Positions 33,280-41,978 of a stretch of DNA of 64,000 bases are shown one piece after another (position 1 is the stretch's first letter; each line of letters starts with the position of its first letter). The notes beneath the pieces were generated by a model. It saw only the letters and a list, made by a program, of their open reading frames with translations, did no database searches and had not been told where the DNA came from. The DNA is taken from NCBI GenBank assembly GCA_024277065.1, contig JAJRVY010000360.1:3450-67449 (forward strand), in the 5' to 3' direction. Both the position numbers and the translations under genes were made by a program. This DNA is from Planctomycetota bacterium (GTDB taxonomy: Bacteria; Planctomycetota; JAJSAM01; JAJVHW01).

Positions 33280-33786
33280 TTGCTCGCACTCGACTGCGAC
33301 ATACCCGGCGCGTTCCTTCTGGAACTGCTGCTCTGGGGCGTGCCCGTGGCGCTCGCCGCGCTGCTCGTGCGCTCGGCGCCGCCCGGGCGGCGGCTCACGT
33401 GGTGGATCGTCGCGGCGGCCTGCGCGGTCATCGTCGTGGACAAGCTCGTCGATCTGCAGGTGCTCGCGATGACCCGGGGCAAGGCGCTGATCCGCGCCTT
33501 CGCCCCCGGGATGACGCATGGCGGCGCCCATGGTGCGGCCCGCACGGCGCTGCTCACGTCGCTCTTCGTCCTCGGCAGCGCGGTGCTCTGGTTGCTGGCC
33601 CGCCGGGACTGCTCGAAGGGTCCGGGGAAGCTCCTCGCGCTCGCCGGACTGACCGGCGTCATGGGGCTTCTCGGCGCGCGCCTCGTCCCTGGTGTCGGTG
33701 ATCTGCTCCCGGGATCGCTCGTCGAACTCGCGTGCGGCGCGCTGGTCTGGGCGGGGCTCCTGCTCGGGCTGCGCCCCTCCCGCTGA
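33280..33786 (+). CDS. hypothetical integral membrane protein
   Basis: Four or five hydrophobic helices. The start is uncertain (TTG 33280 chosen to avoid overlap with nfeD). TGA stop. Confidence 0.35.
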   Translation: MLALDCDIPGAFLLELLLWGVPVALAALLVRSAPPGRRLTWWIVAAACAVIVVDKLVDLQVLAMTRGKALIRAFAPGMTHGGAHGAARTALLTSLFVLGSAVLWLLARRDCSKGPGKLLALAGLTGVMGLLGARLVPGVGDLLPGSLVELACGALVWAGLLLGLRPSR

Positions 33787-33867
33787 ACGCCTCTCTCGTG
33801 CCGGGCTCGATTCCGGGCGCACTGCCAGAGACCTGCGGCGACACTGGGCGCGAAGGGAGACCCCGAC

Positions 33868-34797
33868 ATGCGCGTTCGCAGCAGCATCCTGGATTGCGTG
33901 GGGGGCACGCCACTCGTCGCGCTCGACCGCTTCGCGCCGCCGTCCGAGGATCGCGGGCGTGTGCTCGGCAAGCTCGAGCTGCTCAATCCCTACAGCGTCA
34001 AGGACCGACCCGCGCTGTGGATGCTCCGTGAGGCGCAGCAGCGGGGCGACATCGTGCCCGGCGAGAGCACGATTCTCGAAGCCACGTCGGGGAACACCGG
34101 CATCGGCCTCGCGATGGCCTGCGCGGTGATGGGCTACGACCTCGTGCTCTGCATGAGCGAGGCGATGAGCGCAGAGCGCCGCCAAGCCCTCGCTGCGCTC
34201 GGGGCGCGCCTCGAGCTGACACCCGCCGCGCTGCACACCAAGGGCGCCAAGGCCCGCGTGATGGAACTGCTGGACGAGATCCCCGGCGCGTTCTACATCC
34301 GCCAGCACGACAACCCGGACAACCCCCTCGCGCACTACGAGAGCACCGCCGCCGAGTTGTGGGAGCAGACCGCCGGCGGGTTGCGCGTGTTCGTGGCGGG
34401 GCTCGGCACGTGCGGCACGCTCTGCGGCGTGTCGCGTGCGATGCGTGAGCGCGGCGCGAACGTCCACGTCGTCGGCGTCGAGCCGGCCGAGGCGCCGTAC
34501 TACCGCACGGGCGAGTTCCGGCAGCACCGCATCCCCGGCGTCGTGCCCGGCTTCACGCCCGGCAACTACGACGAGACGCTCATCGACGAACTGCTGGACG
34601 TGCCCGCGGACGCCGCGTGGGCAGCCGTGCGCGAATTGGCGCGCACCGAGGGCCTGCTCGTCGGCATCTCGTCCGGCGCCGTGGCCTCTGCCGCGCGCGA
34701 GATCGCGGGACGCCCGGAGTTCGCCGGGCAGGACGTCGTCTGTGTCATCGCCGACACGGGGCAGCGCTATCTCTCGACGCCCGGGCTCTTCGAGTGA
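33868..34797 (+). CDS. cysK: cysteine synthase (O-acetylserine sulfhydrylase, PLP-dependent)
   Basis: NPYSVKDRPAL (PLP lysine), TSGNTGIGLA, GTCGT loop, 309 aa. Confidence 0.88.
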   Translation: MRVRSSILDCVGGTPLVALDRFAPPSEDRGRVLGKLELLNPYSVKDRPALWMLREAQQRGDIVPGESTILEATSGNTGIGLAMACAVMGYDLVLCMSEAMSAERRQALAALGARLELTPAALHTKGAKARVMELLDEIPGAFYIRQHDNPDNPLAHYESTAAELWEQTAGGLRVFVAGLGTCGTLCGVSRAMRERGANVHVVGVEPAEAPYYRTGEFRQHRIPGVVPGFTPGNYDETLIDELLDVPADAAWAAVRELARTEGLLVGISSGAVASAAREIAGRPEFAGQDVVCVIADTGQRYLSTPGLFE

Positions 34798-34912
34798 GAG
34801 CCGCGCCGCGAACAAACGGGGCGGCTCGTCGGTTCTACAGGGTGAGGGGCACGCAAGGCGTTGCCGACCGACCGCGCGAGAGAGGAGCAAGCCCGTCGCC
34901 GGGCAGAGAGAG

Positions 34913-36217
34913 ATGTCGCCCAGAGAACCGCCGGCAGAAGGGGATGAGCCGCTGCGCCGTGCGGGGGACGGGAGGGTGAGCGCGCGGGTGCCGGGTGAGC
35001 GTCCGGCCGCTGCCCGGCGGCGGCGGCGCCACACCGCGCTGGTGCTGCCCGGCGGCGGCGCGCGGGCGGCCTACCAGGTGGGGTTCCTGCGCTACGTTGC
35101 GCGGGAGTTCCCCGAGGCCGCCTTCGACATCGTGTTCGGCGTGTCGGCGGGGGCCATCAACGCTTCGTATCTGGCGGCCCATCGCGGCACCTTCCGCGAG
35201 GCCGTGACCGACCTCGAGGCCGTCTGGCGCGATCTGCGCATCCGGGACGTGTTCCGCGCCGACACATACGCTCTCCTGCGGGACATGGCCCGCTGGGCGA
35301 TGCGGCTCGTCTCGGGCGGCGTGCGCACGGCGCCGGCGCCGCGCGGACTCGTGGACACGGCGCCGCTGCGGCGGTTGCTGGTGCGGTGCCTGGACGCTCG
35401 CGCCGACGGCACGATCCCCGGCGTCGAGGACAACGTGCGCGACGGACGGCTGCGCGCGCTCGCGCTCACGACGTCGTCGTACGCCACCGGCGAGTCCGTC
35501 ACCTGGTTCCAGGGCCGCGGCGCCCTGCCGTGGTCGCGCCAGCAGCGCCGCGGGACGGAGGCCGCGCTGACCGTCGATCACGTCACGGCATCGGCCGCGC
35601 TGCCGTTCCTCTTCCCGCCGGTGCGGCTGGCCGACGGCTGGTACGGCGATGGAGGCGTGCGTCTCGCGGCCCCGCTGTCGCCGGCCATCCACCTCGGCGC
35701 CGACCGCATCCTCGCCATCACCACCGGGCGCGCCGGTTGCGCCGCGCCCGAGGACCGCGCGCGGCACCCGCCGCCCGCGCGCATCGCCGGCGTCGTGCTG
35801 GAGTCCGTCTTCCTGGATCTCCTCGATCAGGACGCCGCGCGCATCGAGAAGGCCAATCGCCTGCTGCCGTTCGTGCCACGCGCGCAGCGCGAGGGTATGC
35901 GCCGCATCGACCTCTGCGTACAGCGGCCCGCGGCGGATCTCGGCACGCTCGCGTCGCTGCACGAGATCGAGCTGCCGCGTCTCCTGCGCTGGCTGTCACG
36001 TGGCTGGGGCACGCGTCAGGTGCGCTCGAACGACGCCCTCAGCCTGCTGCTCTTCGAGCCCGGCTATATCGGCCTCCTGATCGGTCTCGGCGAGAGCGAC
36101 GCCGCCTCGCGCCACGCGGAGCTCGAAGCGTTCTTCCACCCCGTCCCCGCCCCCGCCCTCGTCGCCGGAGCCAGAACCCGAGGGACGGCCGCAACTAACA
36201 GGCTCGAGCGCAACTAA
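34913..36217 (+). CDS. patatin-like phospholipase
   Basis: LPGGGARAAYQVG oxyanion motif, GVSAG nucleophile elbow, DGG(V) Asp motif. The last roughly 12 codons and the TAA stop lie inside the repeat module. Confidence 0.85.
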   Translation: MSPREPPAEGDEPLRRAGDGRVSARVPGERPAAARRRRRHTALVLPGGGARAAYQVGFLRYVAREFPEAAFDIVFGVSAGAINASYLAAHRGTFREAVTDLEAVWRDLRIRDVFRADTYALLRDMARWAMRLVSGGVRTAPAPRGLVDTAPLRRLLVRCLDARADGTIPGVEDNVRDGRLRALALTTSSYATGESVTWFQGRGALPWSRQQRRGTEAALTVDHVTASAALPFLFPPVRLADGWYGDGGVRLAAPLSPAIHLGADRILAITTGRAGCAAPEDRARHPPPARIAGVVLESVFLDLLDQDAARIEKANRLLPFVPRAQREGMRRIDLCVQRPAADLGTLASLHEIELPRLLRWLSRGWGTRQVRSNDALSLLLFEPGYIGLLIGLGESDAASRHAELEAFFHPVPAPALVAGARTRGTAATNRLERN

Positions 36218-36240
36218 CAGGCTCGAGGACACGGCGGTAG
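36176..36240 (+). repeat. second copy of the GCAACTAACA(C/G)GCTCGAG direct-repeat module
   Basis: GGGACGGCC-GCAACTAACAGGCTCGAGC-GCAACTAACAGGCTCGAGGACACGG is near-identical in order and orientation to 23981-24036. Confidence 0.8.
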
Positions 36241-36311
36241 TGCGCGGCGCTGCAGTGTGGATGTGTGCGTGATCGTCGCCGGTGTCCTCGGGCCGTAGGA
36301 TGCGGCACTCC

Positions 36312-36949
36312 ATGCGCCGCGTCATGATCGTCGGATGTTCGGGGGCCGGGAAGACGACGCTCGCGCCCTCGCGTACCGTCTCGGCGCGGAGCACGTCGAA
36401 CTGGACGCGATCTTCCACCGGCCCGGCTGGACGCCGCTTCCGCTCGCGGAGTTCCGAGCGCGCTTGACGCAGCGGCTCGGAGCCACGCGCTGGATCACGG
36501 ACGGCAACTACGACTCGAGCGTGCAGGACATCGTGTTGGCCAGGGCGGACACCGTCGTCTGGCTCGACCTGCCGCGCCCCGCCGTGATGCGCGCTGTCAT
36601 CGGACGTACGTTGCGGCGTGTGATCCGCCGCCAGGAGCTCTGGAACGGCAATCGCGAGCGCTGGTCCAATCTGTGCGACCCGCGCCCCAAGCAGAACATC
36701 ATCCTCTGGTCGTTCACGCGTCACGCGAAGTACCGCGCGACGTACGAGCGGAAGAGCGCCGACCCCGCCTTCGCCCACATCCACTGGCACCGCCTCCGCA
36801 GCCGCCGCGAGGTCGATCGGTTCCTCGCGACGGTCACGCAAGCACCGGGGACGACCACGTGGGGTCGCCCCTACCACGAGCTGCGCCGGTGCACATCCCC
36901 GCCGCCGGCCGGCACCGATGCCGCCTACGTCTGCCAATCGCGCGGGTAG
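36312..36949 (+). pseudogene. P-loop NTPase/adenylate-kinase-like (topology-modulation-type) protein with an apparent 1-nt deletion
   Basis: MRRVMIVGCSGAGKTTLA (Walker A) is in one frame. (R)ALAYRLGAEHVELDAIFHRPGW... continues in the next frame. The junction is at 36363-36368 (gcgccctc). Confidence 0.65.
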
Positions 36950-37755
36950 CGGAACTCCCACCCGATCGTGCGGCGCGAGAGCTTTGCGATCAGCGGCCCG
37001 CGGCGCTTGTACTGGTTGCGCACGACGCGCCGGCGGATGGACTCGACGATCACGGGGTCGTGGCCTGCGGCGACGATGGCCTGCGGCGACTCGCGCCTCT
37101 CCACCATGCGCTCGAGCACGGCATCGGCCTCGTCGTACGTGAAGCCCAGGTCGTCCTCGTCGGTCTGTCCGGGCGTCAGGTCGGCGGAGGGCGGCTTGTC
37201 GATGACCGCCTGCGGCACGTCCAGATGCCGGGCGAGCGCGCGCAGCTGGCACTTGTAGACGTAGCCGATGGGATTGAGCGCCGACGCCAGGTCGCCGTGC
37301 ATCGTGCCGTAGCCCAGCAGCAGCTCGGTCTTGTTCGTGGTGCCGACAACGAGCGCGTGCTCGGCGAAGCTGCGGTCCCAGAGCGTGACCATGCGCAGGC
37401 GCGCGAGCACGTTGCCGATGCGGTGCGGCGTCGGCGCGGGCAGCTCGCGGAGCAGTCCCTCGGCCGCCGCCGTCAGATCGACGACGTCCAGAGCGAGCCC
37501 GGCGCCATCGGCGACGAGCCGGCCGTGCACGAGGCTCTCGGGGTTCGAGTCCTTCCACGGCATCGCGATGCAGATCACGTTCTCCGTGCCGACTGCGCGC
37601 GCCGCGAGACAGGCGGCGACGGCGGAGTCGATCCCTCCCGACAGTCCGAGCACCAGCCGGCGAAACGACGCGCGGCCCGCCTCCTCGCGCAGGAAGCGGA
37701 CGAGCACGCGCTCGGCGAGCTCAGTATCGAGGGGCGGTCCGCTCGGCGAGGACAC
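36925..37755 (-). CDS. nadE: NAD+ synthetase, single-domain type
   Basis: LGLSGGIDSAV PP-loop, 276 aa. GTG start overlaps the upstream C-N hydrolase gene by 35 nt. Confidence 0.88.
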   Translation of the reverse strand: MSSPSGPPLDTELAERVLVRFLREEAGRASFRRLVLGLSGGIDSAVAACLAARAVGTENVICIAMPWKDSNPESLVHGRLVADGAGLALDVVDLTAAAEGLLRELPAPTPHRIGNVLARLRMVTLWDRSFAEHALVVGTTNKTELLLGYGTMHGDLASALNPIGYVYKCQLRALARHLDVPQAVIDKPPSADLTPGQTDEDDLGFTYDEADAVLERMVERRESPQAIVAAGHDPVIVESIRRRVVRNQYKRRGPLIAKLSRRTIGWEFRYPRDWQT

Positions 37756-38578
37756 GCTGCAGCTCCCGCAGGATGAGGTGGGGCCGCTCCTCCTTGAGGA
37801 ACGGCATGCGCAGACGCGCCGCGCGGCGCGCCTCGGGGTCGATGTCCACGAGCACGAGGTCCGGTTCCTCGTCGGCGCCGCGGACCAGCCGTTCCCCGGA
37901 GGGGCCGAATGCCTCGGACCCGCCGGCGAACGTCACGCCCTCCTCGACGCCGCCACGGCTGCAGTGCAGCACGTGACACCCGAACGAGCGCGCGTAGAGA
38001 TCGCCGAGCAGGGACACCGACGACGTGCTCTCGAAGCGTCCGGCGCCCGACTCCGCGCCGCGTCCCGGGCTGGCCGAGAGCACGCACATCACGTCCACGT
38101 CCTGGCAGGCGAGCACGTAGGCCGGGCCGAGGTGCCAGAAGTCGCGGCAGACGAGCATCCCGACGCGTCCGAAGCGCGTGTCGAACACGCGCATGCGGTC
38201 GCCCATCGCGAAGTGGCGCGTCTCGTCGAAGAGGCCGTGCGAGGGCAGGTACACCTTGCGGTGGACGTGCAGCAGCTCGCCGCCGTCTAGGAACGCCGCC
38301 GCATTGAAGAAGCGCCCGCCCACGGCCTCCTCGACGAACCCGACCGTGATCGCGGCTTGGCGTGACAGCTCGCGCAGGCGGTCCATGGTGGGTGAGTCCA
38401 GTGTGATCGCCACCTCCGGCGTGGCCTCCATGAGCAGGTAGCCGGTGAGCGACAACTCGGGGAAGACCACGAGTTCGGCGCCCGCGGCGACGGCGCGCGT
38501 CACCGTCTCCTCGTGCTGGGAGAGATTGGCCTCGACGCGTGCGAGGTGCGGGGCGGTCTGAGCGAGCGCGGCTTTCAC
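37721..38578 (-). CDS. carbon-nitrogen hydrolase (nitrilase superfamily), probable glutaminase partner of NadE
   Basis: Glu-Lys-Cys triad contexts FPELSLTGY, HRKVYLP and LVCRDFW. GTG start at 38578. The rest of track ORF 37721..39778 is antisense to gyrA. Confidence 0.8.
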   Translation of the reverse strand: MKAALAQTAPHLARVEANLSQHEETVTRAVAAGAELVVFPELSLTGYLLMEATPEVAITLDSPTMDRLRELSRQAAITVGFVEEAVGGRFFNAAAFLDGGELLHVHRKVYLPSHGLFDETRHFAMGDRMRVFDTRFGRVGMLVCRDFWHLGPAYVLACQDVDVMCVLSASPGRGAESGAGRFESTSSVSLLGDLYARSFGCHVLHCSRGGVEEGVTFAGGSEAFGPSGERLVRGADEEPDLVLVDIDPEARRAARLRMPFLKEERPHLILRELQRVLAERTAPRY

Positions 38579-38691
38579 GCGCCCCGTTCTCTCGCGCCCG
38601 CCGCGATCACCGAACGATTTCGTGCGGGCGGCGCCGGATAGGGGCGGCGGGCGGGGAGGTCGCCTCGGGTGTGCGCGGCGCGGCGTGGTCG

Positions 38692-38976
38692 TCAGAACGT
38701 GAACAGCATGGCGAACGCGACCAGTGTGATCAGCGCGACGATCACCATCCAGAGCGGGAGCGTGCGCCTCGGCGGTAGCGCGCCGATGCTGCGCAGCACG
38801 TCGTCGTAGTCGTCGTCCGTGACCTCGTCGGGCAGGCCGTGGGCCTCGCCGGTGAGGCCCTCGCGGCTCCAGCCCGTCTCGGCGTCGCTGCCGCACTCGG
38901 GGCACGCCGGACGGCCCTCGGGGAACTCCGCGCCGCAGTGCGGGCAGACGTCCGTGCGGCGCGGTCGCTTCGTCAC
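38692..38976 (-). CDS. zinc-ribbon protein with a C-terminal TM helix
   Basis: CPHC...CPEC zinc ribbon, acidic linker, TM helix LWMVIVALITLVAFAMLFTF. Confidence 0.5.
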   Translation of the reverse strand: MTKRPRRTDVCPHCGAEFPEGRPACPECGSDAETGWSREGLTGEAHGLPDEVTDDDYDDVLRSIGALPPRRTLPLWMVIVALITLVAFAMLFTF

Positions 38977-38985
38977 GCCGCCCGG

Positions 38986-41736
38986 CTACTCCTCGTCGGT
39001 CTCGCCGGAAGAGTCGCCGGAAGAGTCGCCGGAGGCGTCGCCCGTGTCGTCGCCGGAAGAGCCATCGGCGTCGGTCACGACGGCTTCGGTCGCCACTGCG
39101 TCGGCGGCCGTGACACCGTCGTCGGACTCGCCCTCGGCGTCGTCGCCCTCCTCGTCGGGCTCGATGAGCGCCACGGCCACGATGCGGTCGCTCTCGGGCA
39201 CGCTCATCACCGTCACGCCCTGCGTGTTGCGGCCAATGGTGCGGACGTCGGCGACGCGCGTGCGCACGACCTGGCCACCCTCGGTGATCATCATGAACTG
39301 GTCGTCCTGCGCCACCGCGCGGCAGCCCACCACACGCCCGTTGCGCGTGCTGACCTTGATGTTGATGATCCCGTAGCCACCACGGTTCTGGACGCGGTAC
39401 TCGTCCAGCGCCGTGCGCTTGCCGAAGCCGCGCTCGCAGATCGTCAGGATCTGCTTTTCGGGCTCGAGGATCACGAGTGAGACGACCTCGTCGTCGTTGC
39501 GCAACTTGATACCGCGCACGCCGGCCGACGCGCGGCCCATGGAGCGCACGTCGCTCTCGGGGAAGCGGATGGACTTGCCGGCCCGCGTCGCGAGCAGGAT
39601 CTCCTGGCCCTCGTAGAGCTCGGCTGCGGCGATCAGGCGGTCGCCCTCGTCGACGCGCACGCCGATGATGCCCCCTGCGCGGGGGCGGCTGAACCCGCTG
39701 AGCGGCGTCTTGCGGATCTTGCCCTTGGCGGTGATCGTCAGGAGGTAGCCCTCCTCGAAGTTGCGCACCGGCACGCACGCCGCGATGCGGTCGTTCTCGT
39801 CCACCTGGAGCAGATTGATCAACGCGCGCCCGCGGCTGTAGCGACCGCCCTCGGGGACGTCGAACACGCGCAGCCAGCGCATCTGGCCGGTCTGCGACAG
39901 CACGAGCAGGTACTGATGGTTCGTGGTGACCATCATGCGCTCGACGAAGTCGCCCTTCTTCGTGTCGGCGCCGCGCACGCCCTTGCCGCCGCGGCCCTGC
40001 GTCCGGTACTCGGAGAGCGCGAGGCGCTTGACGTAGCCCTCGTGGGAGATCGTCACGGCGACGGCGTCGTCGGCGATCAGGTCCTCCATGCGGACCTCGC
40101 TGGGATCGTCGGTGATCAGCGTGCGGCGGGGCTCGCCGTACTTCTCGATCATCTCACGCATGTCGTCACGGATGATGTCGAGCACGCGCTCCCTGCGCGC
40201 CAGGATGTCGGTCAGGTCGGCGATGGACGCCTGGAGCTCGTCGTACTCGTTCTGCAGCTTTTCGCGCTCGAGCCCGGTGAGGCGCGCGAGCCGCATGTCC
40301 AGGATGGCGTCGGCCTGGAGTTCGCTGAAGGTGACCGCCGGCAGCGCGCCCGCCCAGTTCGGGGGGGCGGCGTAGTCGCCCGCCACGAGGCGCGCCTTGG
40401 CCTCGTCACGGGCCGACGAGGCGCGGATCGTCTCGATGATGCAGTCGATGATGTCGAGCGCCTGGAGCAGGCCCGCGACGATGTGCGCGCGCGCCTCGGC
40501 CTTGTCCAGCCGGTAGCGCGTGCGGCGCCGGATGACCGTGATGCGGTGGTCGCGGAACTCTTCGAGGAAGCGCTTGAGCGGCAGCGTCTCGGGACGGCCG
40601 CGCACCAGCGCGATCATGATGACGCTGAACGTCTCCTGCAGGCGCGTGTGCTTGTAGAGGTGCGACAGGACGACGCGGTCGTTCTCGCCGCGCTTGAGGT
40701 CCACGACGAGGCGCACGCCGTCGGCCAGGCTGGACTCGTCACGCACGTCGGAGATGCTGGTCAGCTTCTTCGAGTTGACCAGTTCGACGATCTGCTCGCT
40801 GACGGCCTTGATGCTGACGCCGTAGGGCAACTCCGTGAACACGAGCGAGAAACGATCGGTGCTGCGTTCCTCGAGTTCGCACGGCGCGCGCAGGCGCAGC
40901 TTGCCGCGGCCGGACTCGTACGCCTGGCGGATGCCGGAGGCGCCGCAGATCATCGCGCCCGTCGGGAAATCGGGACCCGGGATCACGTCCATCAGCGCGT
41001 CGAGCGTGAGGTCCGGGTCGTCGAGCAGGGCGATGACCGCCGTGCAGACCTCGGTCAGGTTGTGCGGGGGGATCGACGACGCCATGCCCACGGCGATGCC
41101 CTGGGCGCCGTTCACCAGCAGATTGGGGAAGCGTGCCGGGAGTACCGTCGGCTCGTTGCGCGAGTCGTCGTAGTTGCGGACGAAATCGACCGTGTCCTCG
41201 CCGAGGTCCGCGAGCATCTCCATGCACGACGCCGCGAGGCGCGCCTCGGTGTAGCGCATGGCGGCCGGGGGGTCGTCGAGCGTGCCGAAGTTGCCCTGTG
41301 GCTGCACGAGTGGCACGCGCATGTTGAAGTGCTGCGCCATGCGCACGAGCGTCGGGTAGACGACCTGCTCGCCGTGCGGGTGGTAGTTGCCGGACGTGTC
41401 GCCGCAGATCTTGGCGCACTTCCTGAACTTCGCGCGCGGGTGCAGCCCCAGGTCGTTCATGGCCACCAGGATGCGGCGCTGGGACGGCTTCAGGCCGTCG
41501 CGCACCTCGGGCAGCGCGCGCGAGACGATGACGCTCATCGCGTACTTGAGATAGCTCTCGCGCATCTCGTCTTCGATGAGCAGGTCCTGCACGTTCTCGG
41601 CGGGCGGCAGGAGCGGCGCCGGCGCCGCTGCGGGCGTCTCGGGATCGCGGCCGTCAGGCGCCGTCGCGTCCGGGTCCGGTGTGCCAGGGCCGTCGGCGTC
41701 GGGAGCGTTGGAATCGGGTGTGTCAGAGTCGGTCAT
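38986..41736 (-). CDS. gyrA: DNA gyrase subunit A
   Basis: YAMSVIVSRALPEVRDGLKPSQRRIL, AAMRYTE active-site Tyr region, GyrA-box/beta-pinwheel repeats, acidic C-terminal tail. TAG stop. Confidence 0.97.
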   Translation of the reverse strand: MTDSDTPDSNAPDADGPGTPDPDATAPDGRDPETPAAAPAPLLPPAENVQDLLIEDEMRESYLKYAMSVIVSRALPEVRDGLKPSQRRILVAMNDLGLHPRAKFRKCAKICGDTSGNYHPHGEQVVYPTLVRMAQHFNMRVPLVQPQGNFGTLDDPPAAMRYTEARLAASCMEMLADLGEDTVDFVRNYDDSRNEPTVLPARFPNLLVNGAQGIAVGMASSIPPHNLTEVCTAVIALLDDPDLTLDALMDVIPGPDFPTGAMICGASGIRQAYESGRGKLRLRAPCELEERSTDRFSLVFTELPYGVSIKAVSEQIVELVNSKKLTSISDVRDESSLADGVRLVVDLKRGENDRVVLSHLYKHTRLQETFSVIMIALVRGRPETLPLKRFLEEFRDHRITVIRRRTRYRLDKAEARAHIVAGLLQALDIIDCIIETIRASSARDEAKARLVAGDYAAPPNWAGALPAVTFSELQADAILDMRLARLTGLEREKLQNEYDELQASIADLTDILARRERVLDIIRDDMREMIEKYGEPRRTLITDDPSEVRMEDLIADDAVAVTISHEGYVKRLALSEYRTQGRGGKGVRGADTKKGDFVERMMVTTNHQYLLVLSQTGQMRWLRVFDVPEGGRYSRGRALINLLQVDENDRIAACVPVRNFEEGYLLTITAKGKIRKTPLSGFSRPRAGGIIGVRVDEGDRLIAAAELYEGQEILLATRAGKSIRFPESDVRSMGRASAGVRGIKLRNDDEVVSLVILEPEKQILTICERGFGKRTALDEYRVQNRGGYGIINIKVSTRNGRVVGCRAVAQDDQFMMITEGGQVVRTRVADVRTIGRNTQGVTVMSVPESDRIVAVALIEPDEEGDDAEGESDDGVTAADAVATEAVVTDADGSSGDDTGDASGDSSGDSSGETDEE

Positions 41737-41978
41737 GTGGTTGTGCTCTTCGCGAGGATGCGGGCCGCGTCAGGGGCGGGCAGGGACGCCTCTCCGGGGG
41801 GCGCCCGTGCGATCACGGGGCGATCACGGTGCGGCACGGGACCCGTTCCCGGTGCAGCGCGTCCGCGCGGCGCGGCGGGTGCGTCCTAAACTGTTTATTC
41901 CAATCGACTTACGGCTGGTCAGGGTAGCGGGATTCCAGCCGCCCGAGTGTAGCAGGAGGAGAGGACCGGGACACGGTC

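Noticed and set aside
33786-33868. A riboswitch or leader upstream of cysteine synthase
   Set aside because: The gap is only about 80 nt, shows no recognisable conserved riboswitch core, and has no convincing hairpins.
38692-41736. The gyrA TAG stop is followed, in the same frame after three codons, by the zinc-ribbon ORF 38692..38976, a possible read-through fusion
   Set aside because: There is a one-in-three chance of frame coincidence. The small ORF has its own GTG start. A GyrA-TM fusion makes no biological sense. The acidic tail is a normal GyrA terminus.
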